A stretch of DNA of 64,000 bases from Longimicrobiales bacterium. Its GTDB lineage: Bacteria > Gemmatimonadota > Gemmatimonadetes > Longimicrobiales > RSA9. The stretch lies in assembly GCA_036377735.1 (NCBI GenBank), contig DASUXU010000014.1, positions 6,410-70,409 of the forward strand. The letters are read 5' to 3'. Both the position numbers and the translations under genes were made by a program. The notes under the pieces are model-generated. The model did not search any database. It saw only the letters and a program-made list of their open reading frames with translations, and was not told where the DNA came from. This document shows, in pieces, positions 54,095-63,817 of the stretch (its first letter is position 1; each line of letters begins with the position of its first letter).

Positions 54095-54110
54095 TGTGCC
54101 TTCACCAGGA

Positions 54111-56585
54111 TCATGTCTTCGTTGACAGCACCCGGAACTCGAGCGCATCGCCGTCTGGGTTCACGTCCACTTCGATCTCTTCGCCCGCCGGGAACTCGTT
54201 CGACAGGATCCGCTCCGACAGCGGGTCCTCGATGAACCGCTGGATCGAACGCCGCAGCGGCCGTGCACCGAACTTCTCGTCGTAGCCGCGCTCCACCAGG
54301 AACTCGAGCGCAGCGTCCGTCAGGTGCAGCTTCAGGTTCTCCTCCGCCAGGCGGTTGTGCACTTCCTTCAGCATGATGTGCACGATCTCGGCGATCTGCT
54401 CCTTCGCCAGCGGGTGGAAGACGATGATATCATCCACACGGTTCAGGAACTCCGGGTTGAACGCGCGCTCGATCTCCTCACGCACCCGCTCCCGCATCGA
54501 CTCGTACGCCGCGCCCTCGCGTGTGTGGAAGCCGAGACCCTTCCCCTTCTGGATATCACGCGCGCCGAGGTTCGACGTCATGATGATCACGGTGTTCTTG
54601 AAGTCGATCACGCGACCGTAGTTGTCGGTGAGACGGCCTTCATCGAGCACCTGCAGCAGGATGTTGAACACGTCCGGATGTGCCTTTTCGATCTCGTCCA
54701 GCAGCACGACGGAATACGGGCGACGGCGGATCGCCTTCGTCAGTGTGCCGCTGTCCTCGTAGCCGACGTATCCGGGCGGTGCGCCGATGAGGCGTGACAC
54801 GGAGAACTTCTCCATGTACTCGCTCATGTCCACGCGGATCAGCGCGTCGCGGTCAGCGAACAGGAACTCCGCAAGCGCGCGCGCCAGCTCGGTCTTACCG
54901 ACGCCCGTCGGACCACTGAAGATGAAGCTGCCGATGGGGCGGGACGGATCCTTCAGGCCCGCACGGCTCCGGCGGATCGCGCGGCTGATCGCCTTGATCG
55001 CTTCATCCTGGCCGATCACGCGCTCGTGCAGCTCGCCTTCCATGTTCACCAGGCGCGCGGTCTCCGCTTCCTTCAGGCGCGTGACCGGGATGCCGGTCCA
55101 GCGGCCCACGATGAAGCCGATGTCCTCGTCATTGATGACCGGACGATGGGTCTTGCGCTCCTGCTCCCACTCCTCGCGCTTCCGGCGGATCTCGTTCTGC
55201 AGATCGCGCTCCTGGTCGCGCAGCTCCGCGGCCTTCTCGAAGTCCTGGTCCCGGATCGCCTCGTCCTTGCCGACCGCGAGACCGTCCAGCATGTGCTCGA
55301 GGTCCGACACTTCCGGCGGCGGCACCTGCGTCGCCAGCCTGGCCCTCGCACCCGCCTCGTCGATAACGTCGATCGCCTTGTCCGGCAGGAAGCGGTCGGT
55401 GATATAACGCTCCGACAGGCGCGCAGCCGTCACGAGCGTCTCGTCGGGGATCACGATCTTGTGGTGATCCTCGTAGTGCTTGCGGATCCCCTTCAGGATC
55501 TCGATCGCTTCATCGATCGACGGCGGATCCACGATGATCGGCTGGAAGCGACGCTCGAGCGCGCCATCCTTCTCGATGTACTTGCGATACTCGTTCAGTG
55601 TAGAGGCGCCGATGCACTGCAGCTCGCCGCGTGCAAGCGCCGGCTTCAGCATGTTGGACGCGTCGATCGCGCCTTCCGCTGCGCCCGCGCCGACCAGCGT
55701 GTGCAGCTCGTCGATGAACAGGATCACATTGCGGTTCTGCGCGATCTCGTTCATGATCGCCTTCAGCCGCTCCTCGAACTGACCGCGATACTTCGTACCC
55801 GCGATCACGGCCGCCATGTCCAGAGCGAGAACGCGATTGTCCTTCAGGCTGTCCGGACACGTACCCGCGGCGATGAGCTGCGCGAGGCCCTCCACGATCG
55901 CCGTCTTGCCCACGCCCGGCTCCCCGATCAGCACCGGGTTGTTCTTCTTGCGGCGGGACAGAACCTCCATCACGCGCTCGATCTCCTTCGCGCGGCCGAT
56001 CGTCGGGTCCAGCTTGTTCTCACGCGCAAGCTCCGTCAGGTCACGGCAGAAATGATCGAGTGCCGGAGTCTTTGACTTCTTTTCGCCCTTCGGGGTTGCC
56101 GCACCACCCGAACCACCCTGCGATCCGCCCGGCGGCGTGGGGTTCACCTCGCTGCCGAGCAGCTTGAGCGTCTCGGCCCGGGCGTCCTCGAGCGATACGC
56201 CCAGCGAGTTCAGCACGACGGCGGCAATGCCCTTCTCTTCGCGCAGCAGGCCCAGCAGCAGATGCTCGGTGCCGACATACGAATGGTTCAGCTCGCGCGC
56301 CTCTGCCATCGCATACTCCAGCACCTTCTTGGCGCGCGACGTGTATGGCAGCTCCCCCAGCGCAATCGTCGCCTTGCCCTTGCGCACGGACTCCTCGATG
56401 CGCTCGTGGATCTGCTCCAGATCCACGTTCAGGTTCATCAGCACCGCCGCAGCGACGCCCTCACCCTCCCGGATCAATCCGAGCAGGATGTGCTCCGTGC
56501 CGACGTAATCGTGCTGCAGGCGGATCGCTTCCTCGCGCGCCATCGCGAGGACCTTCCGCACTCTGTCCGTGAAGTTGTAATTCAT
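54111..56585 (-). CDS. clpC: ATP-dependent Clp protease ATP-binding subunit ClpC
   Basis: It has Clp_N repeats, two AAA+ modules (GEPGVGKTA; GPTGVGKTE) and a UVR-type middle domain ([11 protein letters not shown]). The protein is 824 aa. Confidence 0.95.
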   Translation of the reverse strand: MNYNFTDRVRKVLAMAREEAIRLQHDYVGTEHILLGLIREGEGVAAAVLMNLNVDLEQIHERIEESVRKGKATIALGELPYTSRAKKVLEYAMAEARELNHSYVGTEHLLLGLLREEKGIAAVVLNSLGVSLEDARAETLKLLGSEVNPTPPGGSQGGSGGAATPKGEKKSKTPALDHFCRDLTELARENKLDPTIGRAKEIERVMEVLSRRKKNNPVLIGEPGVGKTAIVEGLAQLIAAGTCPDSLKDNRVLALDMAAVIAGTKYRGQFEERLKAIMNEIAQNRNVILFIDELHTLVGAGAAEGAIDASNMLKPALARGELQCIGASTLNEYRKYIEKDGALERRFQPIIVDPPSIDEAIEILKGIRKHYEDHHKIVIPDETLVTAARLSERYITDRFLPDKAIDVIDEAGARARLATQVPPPEVSDLEHMLDGLAVGKDEAIRDQDFEKAAELRDQERDLQNEIRRKREEWEQERKTHRPVINDEDIGFIVGRWTGIPVTRLKEAETARLVNMEGELHERVIGQDEAIKAISRAIRRSRAGLKDPSRPIGSFIFSGPTGVGKTELARALAEFLFADRDALIRVDMSEYMEKFSVSRLIGAPPGYVGYEDSGTLTKAIRRRPYSVVLLDEIEKAHPDVFNILLQVLDEGRLTDNYGRVIDFKNTVIIMTSNLGARDIQKGKGLGFHTREGAAYESMRERVREEIERAFNPEFLNRVDDIIVFHPLAKEQIAEIVHIMLKEVHNRLAEENLKLHLTDAALEFLVERGYDEKFGARPLRRSIQRFIEDPLSERILSNEFPAGEEIEVDVNPDGDALEFRVLSTKT

Positions 56586-56627
56586 CGAATGTCCCTCTTG
56601 CCGGAGACCAGTGTCCCGAGCAGCAAT

Positions 56628-57746
56628 CTATGCGTCGGCGGGCCGCGGCGAACCCCCTCCCGCATCGGGGGCAATCTCCCCCTCCGCGGCAAGGATCCGG
56701 CGGACGTACGCGGCCCGGTGGTAGTCGTTCTCCGCCTCCGTGAGCGGGCGGCCGGCTGCCTGCTCCAGGTGGGCGTCCTGGCCGTAGATCATGATCTTGT
56801 TGAGCGTGTATACACGGAGCCCGGAAACAATGTTCAGGCTCAATCCGAGCCGCACACCGCTCAGCAGATTCATTACTTCCTCGAATGACAGACTGCGTGC
56901 GTACCGCAGCAGTCCGTACGCGCGCCAGATCTTGTCCTCGATCACGGTCGGTGCATCCCGCATCAGGATCTCGCGCGCGCCCAGCTCGTGCTCGATCACC
57001 TGCGCGACGGTCCGGTCCAGGTGATCGATCAGGTCTTCCTCGCTTCGTCCCAGCGTCGTCTGGTTCGAGATCTGGAAGAAGTTCCCCACCACTTCGGACC
57101 CCTCGCCGTACAGACCGCGGAATGTCAGGCCGAGCTGCGCGATCCCCTGAAGAACGCGTCCGATCTCCTTCGTCAGGACGAGTCCCGGCAGGTGGATCAG
57201 GATCGAGGCCCTCAGACCGGTACCGACGTTCGTCGGGCAGCTCGTCAGGTAGCCGTACTCGTGGTGGTACGCGAAGGGCAGCTCAGCGCCGAGCTCCTCG
57301 TCGAGCAGGTCCACCGAGCGGTACGCCTCACGGAGGCGCAGGCCGGCCATCAGGGCCTGCATGCGGAGGTGGTCTTCCTCGTTCACCATCACGCTCACGG
57401 CATCCCGGGGCCCGATCAGGAGACCGGCACCCTGGACGGGGGCCTCGGCACCGAGCCCCGCCAGCTCGCGGGAGACCAGGTGGCGTTCGTGGAGGACCTT
57501 CCTGGAATTGAGGGAAAGCGCGGCCAGGTCGAAAGCCATGCCGCCCTTGATGTCCGAGCGCTCCACCGCCTGCCGCACGCGCTCGAAGATCTGCGCCCGT
57601 TCCGCGTCCCGCGTGCGGGTATTGAACGCATGGCCCTGGAGGTTGCGGGCAAGGCGGACGCGGGTAGACAGGACGACGTTCGCATGGGGACCCGTCCCCT
57701 CGAGCCAGCCCAGGCCGAAATCCGAGATCGAGGTGGTGTCGCGCAT
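56628..57746 (-). CDS. mcsB: Protein arginine kinase McsB (ATP:guanido phosphotransferase)
   Basis: The guanido kinase catalytic domain motifs are VNEEDHLRMQ and CPTNVGTGLRAS. Confidence 0.9.
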   Translation of the reverse strand: MRDTTSISDFGLGWLEGTGPHANVVLSTRVRLARNLQGHAFNTRTRDAERAQIFERVRQAVERSDIKGGMAFDLAALSLNSRKVLHERHLVSRELAGLGAEAPVQGAGLLIGPRDAVSVMVNEEDHLRMQALMAGLRLREAYRSVDLLDEELGAELPFAYHHEYGYLTSCPTNVGTGLRASILIHLPGLVLTKEIGRVLQGIAQLGLTFRGLYGEGSEVVGNFFQISNQTTLGRSEEDLIDHLDRTVAQVIEHELGAREILMRDAPTVIEDKIWRAYGLLRYARSLSFEEVMNLLSGVRLGLSLNIVSGLRVYTLNKIMIYGQDAHLEQAAGRPLTEAENDYHRAAYVRRILAAEGEIAPDAGGGSPRPADA

Positions 57747-58234
57747 CAGGCCACCTCCTCCAGCGTTCGGATCATGTCGCGGATCTGTGCCGCCCGCTCG
57801 AAGTCTTCGCTCTCCACGGCGTGATCCAGCTTGCGACGGAGTCCGGCCAGTCGCTCCTGCCGCTCTGCCTGCGTCGGGTCAGGCGGGAGGTAGACCTTGC
57901 CGAGATGCTGTGTCCCGCTGTGCAGGCGGCGGAGCAGCCCCTTGAGGTGCGGCTCGAACGCGACGTAGCACTGGGGGCAGCCGAGCCGGCCGAGCTTCTT
58001 GAACTCCTCGAGCTTCATGCCGCAGTACGGGCACGGCGCGGGCGGCACGGCGTCCGAAGCCTTGCCAACCTGTGCAATGAAGTCCGACAGCGGATAGCTG
58101 CCCGCGGTCGCACCCGTATCGAGTCCCTTCTCCGATGCGCACCCCTCGCAGAGGTGTGAGGTGTTCATCTGGTTGTTCTCGATCTGCGTGAGGTGAATGA
58201 TCGCCTCGTTCTCGCCGCAGCGTTCACAAAGCAT
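57746..58234 (-). CDS. mcsA: McsA-like activator (zinc-finger plus UVR domain protein)
   Basis: The CxxC pairs are CERCG..CEGC and CPYCG..CPQC. The C-terminal UVR motif is EDFERAAQIRD. The gene lies immediately upstream of mcsB. Confidence 0.8.
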   Translation of the reverse strand: MLCERCGENEAIIHLTQIENNQMNTSHLCEGCASEKGLDTGATAGSYPLSDFIAQVGKASDAVPPAPCPYCGMKLEEFKKLGRLGCPQCYVAFEPHLKGLLRRLHSGTQHLGKVYLPPDPTQAERQERLAGLRRKLDHAVESEDFERAAQIRDMIRTLEEVA

Positions 58235-58964
58235 GTGGCTGCTCCGCCTTCACCGGATGGAGGTGTCCCTCCTTGAGCTGCAGCACCCGGTCCGCGCGCT
58301 GCGCGAGCTCCAGGTTGTGCGTCGCCACCACCATTGCCACGTCGTGCTCACGGCGCAACTCGAAGAAGAGGTCGTGGAGGTTTTCCGCGGTGTGTGTATC
58401 GAGATTGCCGCTGGGCTCATCCGCGAGCACCAGGCGGGGACGATTCGACAGGGCGCGCGCCACTGCTACCCGCTGCTGCTCGCCGCCGCTCAGCTCGGAC
58501 GGGCGGTGCGTGGCACGCGCACCCAGGCCGACCTGCTCCAGCAGCAGGTGCGCCCGGTCAGCGGCCTCGCGCCGGTTCCGTCCGGCAATCAGCATTGGCA
58601 GCATGACGTTCTCGATCGCAGAAAAATCCCGCAGAAGATGATGGAACTGGAAGACGAAGCCGATGCGCTCGTTGCGGAGCGCGGCCAACTGCCGGGCATT
58701 CAGTGAGGCGACGGCGGTACCGTCCAGAACCACGGACCCCGCGCTCGGTCGATCCAGGCAGCCGAGCAGCTGGAGCAGTGTGGACTTCCCCGATCCGCTG
58801 GCCCCGACGACAGCCACCACCTCACCCGTGCTGACTGTGATCTCTACCCCATCCAGAATGGTGAGTTCACTGCCATCCTCCTCGCGGTAGACCTTGCGCA
58901 GCGCCGTCGCACGCAACACCTCGCGGCCCGGATTCGACCCAGCGGCCAACGGTGTCTCAGTCAT
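58224..58964 (-). CDS. lolD: Lipoprotein-releasing ABC transporter ATP-binding protein LolD
   Basis: The Walker A motif is GASGSGKST, the signature is LSGGEQQRVAVARAL, and the Walker B motif is LVLADEP. Confidence 0.85.
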   Translation of the reverse strand: MTETPLAAGSNPGREVLRATALRKVYREEDGSELTILDGVEITVSTGEVVAVVGASGSGKSTLLQLLGCLDRPSAGSVVLDGTAVASLNARQLAALRNERIGFVFQFHHLLRDFSAIENVMLPMLIAGRNRREAADRAHLLLEQVGLGARATHRPSELSGGEQQRVAVARALSNRPRLVLADEPSGNLDTHTAENLHDLFFELRREHDVAMVVATHNLELAQRADRVLQLKEGHLHPVKAEQPHAL

Positions 58965-60216
58965 GGCGAATAGCCTCGACCGGCACCAGCCGGGACGCGC
59001 GCCAGGCCGGGTAGATCGTGGCGAGGAACGCGATCAGCAGGCTTACGATGACGACCAGTCCGACATCCACGGGATCGAGCTTCACGGGCAGCTTGTCGAG
59101 GAAGTACACCTCAGGCGGCAGGTCGATGAGACCGAACCGGTCGATCACGTAGACGATACCGAGACCCGCAACGAGCCCGAGCGATGTGCCGACCAGGCCG
59201 ATGATCAGCCCCTGCACCATGAAGACCCGCAGCACGGATGCATCCGTCATCCCCATCGATTTCAGGATGCCTATTTCGCGTGTCTTCTCCGTCACCAGCA
59301 TCATCAGTGTGCTGACAATGTTGAACGAGGCGACAAGGATGATCAGCATCAGGATGACGGACATCGCAAGCTTCTCGAGCTTCAGCGCATTGAAAAGCGC
59401 GCCATTGAGCGAAGTCCATGTACGCGTGCTGTAAGCCTGGCTGCCGCCCAGCCGCTCCTCGATCGTGCGGGCCATCTCGTCAGCGCGCCATGGATCCACC
59501 ACATTCACGGCAATCCCTGCGACGGTATCCGGTGACAGCCCCGCGAACGCCTGCGCCGCCGCCAGGTCCGCGTAGACGTTCATCCGGTCATACTCGTACA
59601 TCCCCGTCTCGAATGTGCCCGTCACCTCGAACGATTCCATGTTGGGCGAAATGCCGCCGAACGCGGTCGGCTCGAGGTTCTCGAACGTCGCAATGACGAC
59701 GGTATCCCCGGTGAACAGCCGCATCTCCGTCGCGAGACGGTAACCGATGAGCACGCCGGGCAGGCCGCTGCGCGTCGGGCCCCACGGCAGATTGCCCTCG
59801 CGGATGTCCCGCTCCACCTGTGTGAGCGGCACCTTCGACGCGAGCGGATCGATGCCCTGAAGGATGGCGGGCTTGGACCACTTGATGTCGGACGGGCGGA
59901 CGAGAACGACGTTGTTGTAGGTGAAGGGTTCGGCGCCGACCACACCCGGCGTTTCGCGCGCTTCCGCCATTGCCTGCTGCCAGTTGCCGACGCGGAAGTC
60001 GCCTGCGGGGCCCATGACGTACACGTGCGGCGAGCTGCCGAGAATCTTCGCCTGGAGGTCGCGCTGCAATCCCGTCATTACGGCGATCACCACGAGCAGC
60101 GCCATGACACCGACGGCCACGCCCAGGATGGAGATCATCGTCGAAAACGAGCCGAACCGCCCTTTCCGGGCGGACGACAGGTACCTGCGCGCGACGAACC
60201 AGTCGAGTCGCTTCAC
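58957..60216 (-). CDS. Lipoprotein-releasing system permease LolC/LolE family
   Basis: It has the MacB-like periplasmic domain between TM1 and TM2 and a C-terminal FtsX domain. The protein is 419 aa. It overlaps lolD by 8 nt. Confidence 0.85.
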   Translation of the reverse strand: MKRLDWFVARRYLSSARKGRFGSFSTMISILGVAVGVMALLVVIAVMTGLQRDLQAKILGSSPHVYVMGPAGDFRVGNWQQAMAEARETPGVVGAEPFTYNNVVLVRPSDIKWSKPAILQGIDPLASKVPLTQVERDIREGNLPWGPTRSGLPGVLIGYRLATEMRLFTGDTVVIATFENLEPTAFGGISPNMESFEVTGTFETGMYEYDRMNVYADLAAAQAFAGLSPDTVAGIAVNVVDPWRADEMARTIEERLGGSQAYSTRTWTSLNGALFNALKLEKLAMSVILMLIILVASFNIVSTLMMLVTEKTREIGILKSMGMTDASVLRVFMVQGLIIGLVGTSLGLVAGLGIVYVIDRFGLIDLPPEVYFLDKLPVKLDPVDVGLVVIVSLLIAFLATIYPAWRASRLVPVEAIRHD

Positions 60217-61766
60217 TCCGCCTCGGGCCGCATGGTCGGAAACAGGATCACGTCGCGGATGGACACCTGGTTCGTCAGCAGCATCACGAGACGGTCTACG
60301 CCGATGCCGACGCCGCCGGTCGGCGGCATGCCATACTCGAGCGCGCGCAGATAGTCCTCGTCGAGCTGCTGCGCCTCCTCGTCGCCGCCCGCACGCAGAC
60401 CCATCTGCGCCTCGAACCGCTCGCGCTGGTCGAACGGGTCGTTCAGCTCGCTGAATGCATTCGCGATCTCGCGCCCCGCGATCATCAGCTCGAAGCGCTC
60501 CACAAGCTTCGGATCCCGGCGATTGGGTTTCGCGAGTGGTGACAGCTCGCGCGGATGGTCCATGACGAACACGGGCTGGATCAGTCGGTGCTCGACCAGT
60601 TCCTTGAACAGCTCGTCCAGCAGCTGCGGCCGGCTCATGCCGGCTGCACCCTCGATATTCAGCTTCGCGGCACGCGCGCGCAGGTCCGCATCCGATGCCG
60701 CGCCCGGATCGAAACCGCCGTGCTCCTCGAGCAGTCCCATGAAGGACGCGCGGCGGAACGGCGGCGTGAAATCGATCTGGTGCTCATCGAACGGCAGCAA
60801 GAGCCCGTCGGGCGACACGGCCCGCACCGCATCGACGATCAGCTCCTCCACCATCACCATCATGTCCTCGTAGTCCGCGAACGCTTCGTAAAATTCGAGC
60901 ATCGTGAACTCGGGATTGTGCGTGCGGTCGATGCCCTCGTTGCGGAAATCCTTGGAGATCTCGTAGACGCGGTCGAGCCCGCCGACAATGAGGCGCTTGA
61001 GATAGAGCTCGTCTGCGATCCGCAGGAACAGCGGGATGTCCAGCGCATTGTGATGTGTTACGAACGGCCGCGCGGACGCACCGCCATACAGCGGCTGCAA
61101 CACGGGCGTTTCCACCTCGATGTAGCCGCGATCGTCGAGGAAGCGGCGGATGGTCGAGACGATGCGCGCCCGCCGAACAAACACGTCACGCACCGCGGGG
61201 TGGACAGCCAGGTCGGCGTAGCGCTGGCGATAGCGCTGCTCGACATCCGTGAACCCACCGTGCATTACGGTCTCACCTGTGTCCGCGTCCACTTCCGCTT
61301 TGCCGATGGGCAGTGGCCGGACGGTCTTCGCGAGCAGCGTCCATTCCGCCACCTGCAGAGTGACCTCGCCCGCGCGCGTCCGCATCAGCTCGCCTTCGAC
61401 ACCGATCCAGTCGCCGATGTCCAGCTGGTTCAGACGCGCGAAAGATTCCGCGCCCAGCTCTGCCTGCTTGAGATACAGCTGGAGTCTGCCTTCGCGGTCG
61501 GTAAGGTCCGCGAACATCGTCTTGCCGTGTGAGCGGATCGCGGTAAGACGGCCGGCCAGGCGCAGTATCTCGACCGGCTCGCGCACACCAGCGTCGACCG
61601 GAGCATTTGCAGCGCGGCTCGACTCGAGCGCCTCGAACGCCGCGCGCGCCCCGGCCGTACGATGCGTTACATCGTAGGCGTACGCATAGGGCTCGACACC
61701 CTCTGCGCGCAGTGCTTTCAGCTTCACCAGCCTGTCCTCTACGACCTGACTGCGCCGCTCCTCCAT
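60213..61766 (-). CDS. lysS: Lysine--tRNA ligase (class II)
   Basis: It has an OB-fold anticodon domain and the class II motifs (DFRNEGIDRTHNPEFT; GGVGIGVDRL). The ATG at 61766 has GAGGAG 6 nt upstream; 61772 and 61796 are alternatives. Confidence 0.95.
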   Translation of the reverse strand: MEERRSQVVEDRLVKLKALRAEGVEPYAYAYDVTHRTAGARAAFEALESSRAANAPVDAGVREPVEILRLAGRLTAIRSHGKTMFADLTDREGRLQLYLKQAELGAESFARLNQLDIGDWIGVEGELMRTRAGEVTLQVAEWTLLAKTVRPLPIGKAEVDADTGETVMHGGFTDVEQRYRQRYADLAVHPAVRDVFVRRARIVSTIRRFLDDRGYIEVETPVLQPLYGGASARPFVTHHNALDIPLFLRIADELYLKRLIVGGLDRVYEISKDFRNEGIDRTHNPEFTMLEFYEAFADYEDMMVMVEELIVDAVRAVSPDGLLLPFDEHQIDFTPPFRRASFMGLLEEHGGFDPGAASDADLRARAAKLNIEGAAGMSRPQLLDELFKELVEHRLIQPVFVMDHPRELSPLAKPNRRDPKLVERFELMIAGREIANAFSELNDPFDQRERFEAQMGLRAGGDEEAQQLDEDYLRALEYGMPPTGGVGIGVDRLVMLLTNQVSIRDVILFPTMRPEAE

Positions 61767-61776
61767 CCCCATCTCC

Positions 61777-62884
61777 TCACGCCACGCGGGCGCCATACTC
61801 CTTCAGGTAGGCCTCGATGAACTCATCGATGTCGCCATTCATGACGCGCTGTACGTCTCCGACCTTGAGCTCCGTGCGGTGATCCGTGACCTGCGTGTAC
61901 GGCTGGAACACATATGACCGGATCTGGTTCCCCCACGCATTGTCCGTCTTCGTAGCCTCGATCTTGAGACGCTCCGCCTCGCGCGCCTCGAGCTCACGCT
62001 CGTACAGGGCCGCGCGCAGCATCTTCATTGCGGTTGCCTTGTTCTGGAACTGGCTCCGCTCGTTCTGACACGCTACCACGATATTCGTCGGGATGTGCGT
62101 GATGCGCACCGCGGAGCTCGTCTTGTTGACGTGCTGGCCGCCCGCGCCGGACGCGCGGTATACGTCCACACGCAGGTCCTTCTCCTCGATCTCGATGTTG
62201 ATCGAGTCGTCGATCACGGGATAGATGAAAACAGATGCGAACGAGGTGTGCCTGCGGCTTTGCGAGTCGTAGGGCGAGATGCGCACCAGGCGGTGCACAC
62301 CTTTCTCCGCCTTCAGGTAGCCGTACGCATACTGCCCCTTGAACTCGAGTGTCACACTCTTGATCCCGGCTTCCTCACCGGGCAACAGATCCAGGATGTT
62401 CACCTCGTAGCCATGCGACTCGCCCCAGCGGGTGTACATGCGCATGAGCATTTCCGCCCAGTCCTGGGACTCCGTGCCACCCGCGCCCGGATGCACCGTA
62501 AGCAATGCATCCCGCCCGTCGTCCGGGCCGCGCAGCATGGTGCGCACCTCGAGCTTCTCGAGATCGTGCTCGAGCGTCGTGAGACTGGCTTCGAGTTCGG
62601 CCTCCAGAGCGTCATCGGGATCCTGGTCCAGCAGCTCGCCCAGCTCGAGCAGCTCGACGGAGCGGGCCTTGAGCTGCTCCCACGGCTCGACCCAGCCCTT
62701 CAGCTCATTGGCTTCAGCAATCACTTCCTGCGCCGCGTTCTGATTGTCCCAGAACGAGGGCTCTGTCATCCGGCTCTCGAGCGCGGCTATGCGCTCGCGT
62801 TTGGCCGTGAGGTCAAAGAAAGCCTCCGAGCACGTCTACGCGCTCCCGGCTTTCATCCAGACGCCGTGTTGTATCGTTATTCAT
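61777..62884 (-). CDS. prfB: Peptide chain release factor 2, requiring a programmed +1 frameshift
   Basis: Frame 0 from the ATG at 62884 reads MNNDTTRRLDESRERVDVLGGFL then TGA. A +1 shift at CTT-TGA-C continues DLTAKRERIAALESRMTEPSFWD... into track ORF 61777..62769. The GGQ motif (SGAGGQHVNK) is present, and the recognition loop reads SPY. Confidence 0.9.
62812..62827 (-). promoter_or_regulatory. prfB +1 frameshift cassette (internal SD-like GGAGG plus CTT TGA C slippery/stop site)
   Basis: The minus strand reads GGAGGCTTTCTTTGAC. CTT occupies 62818-62816, the in-frame TGA occupies 62815-62813, and a C follows at 62812. Confidence 0.88.
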
Positions 62885-62998
62885 GTCTCTTCCCCATCTA
62901 CGAAAGGCCGGCCATCGGGTGGACGGCCCCGCCGATCAGCGCCGCAATCTAACAGCCGGACGCGGCAGTTCCAATTCCGCGCGCCGTCCTCCGTCGCG

Positions 62999-63817
62999 CT
63001 AGAAGACGGACTGCCCCTTCGCCAGGATGGCGTTGAGCGCGTCGCGGAAATAAGGCGTCGACTTGGCCGTCTCCACTCCGACCTGTGCGACGTATTCCTC
63101 CCAGCTCTTCATGATCTCTTCGCGGAAGTCCTGGCGCATTGTGCCGCGCGCCAGTGACTCCTCCCGCTTCTTGGGATGATACGCCACAATGTCCGACACG
63201 AGTGCGCGCGCCATGCGCTGCGCCCGCGCGGCCGGATCACGCGATCCGAAAATGGCCGGGCGCGGCTCGCCGGCGGAATTCGCCGGTGCGTGCGCCGGAC
63301 GGGGCGACGGGAAGGACGTTGCGCGAGGGGCCGCCGGCGCGGGCGCAGGCACCGTACCGCTCACGGAAGGGGTAACCGGGGCGGACTGCGTGGCGCCGGC
63401 AGACGGTACGGCGTCCCAGGTGCTGGTCGTGCCGGCCGGGCCATCCGCTGGCCGCTCGCCACTTTCGCTTTCCGCGTCGTCGCCCGCGCTGCTACCGCCG
63501 TCCATGGCTGTCGAAACAGAGCGAACTGCTGCATCCACTGCGGCAGCCGTCGCACCGGCCATTGCGGCCGCGCCTGCCGCCATGGTTCCCATCATCGATC
63601 CCGCGGTTCCCGCGAGGCCCTGGGCCATGGAGGGTGCGGCGGCAGTCTGGGTTCTGTCATCCGCCTGACCGGCACTGCTCAGCGGAGCCGCAGTGGCGTT
63701 CAGCGTAACGGGGAACGTCGCGTTGCAGCGCGCGCAGCGCGCGCGCACGCCACCGGCGGGGATGCGCGAGGGATCGACGCGGAAAGTCGTCTGACAGCTG
63801 GGGCAGCGAATGTTCAT
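62999..63817 (-). CDS. MJ0042-type zinc-ribbon protein with low-complexity linker and helical C-terminal domain
   Basis: MNIRCPSCQTTFRVDPSRIP..ARCARCNATF is an MJ0042-family zinc finger. An Ala/Gly/Ser/Thr-rich middle region follows. The conserved-looking C-terminus is ARALVSDIVAYHPKKREE..EEIMKSWEEY. Confidence 0.7.
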   Translation of the reverse strand: MNIRCPSCQTTFRVDPSRIPAGGVRARCARCNATFPVTLNATAAPLSSAGQADDRTQTAAAPSMAQGLAGTAGSMMGTMAAGAAAMAGATAAAVDAAVRSVSTAMDGGSSAGDDAESESGERPADGPAGTTSTWDAVPSAGATQSAPVTPSVSGTVPAPAPAAPRATSFPSPRPAHAPANSAGEPRPAIFGSRDPAARAQRMARALVSDIVAYHPKKREESLARGTMRQDFREEIMKSWEEYVAQVGVETAKSTPYFRDALNAILAKGQSVF

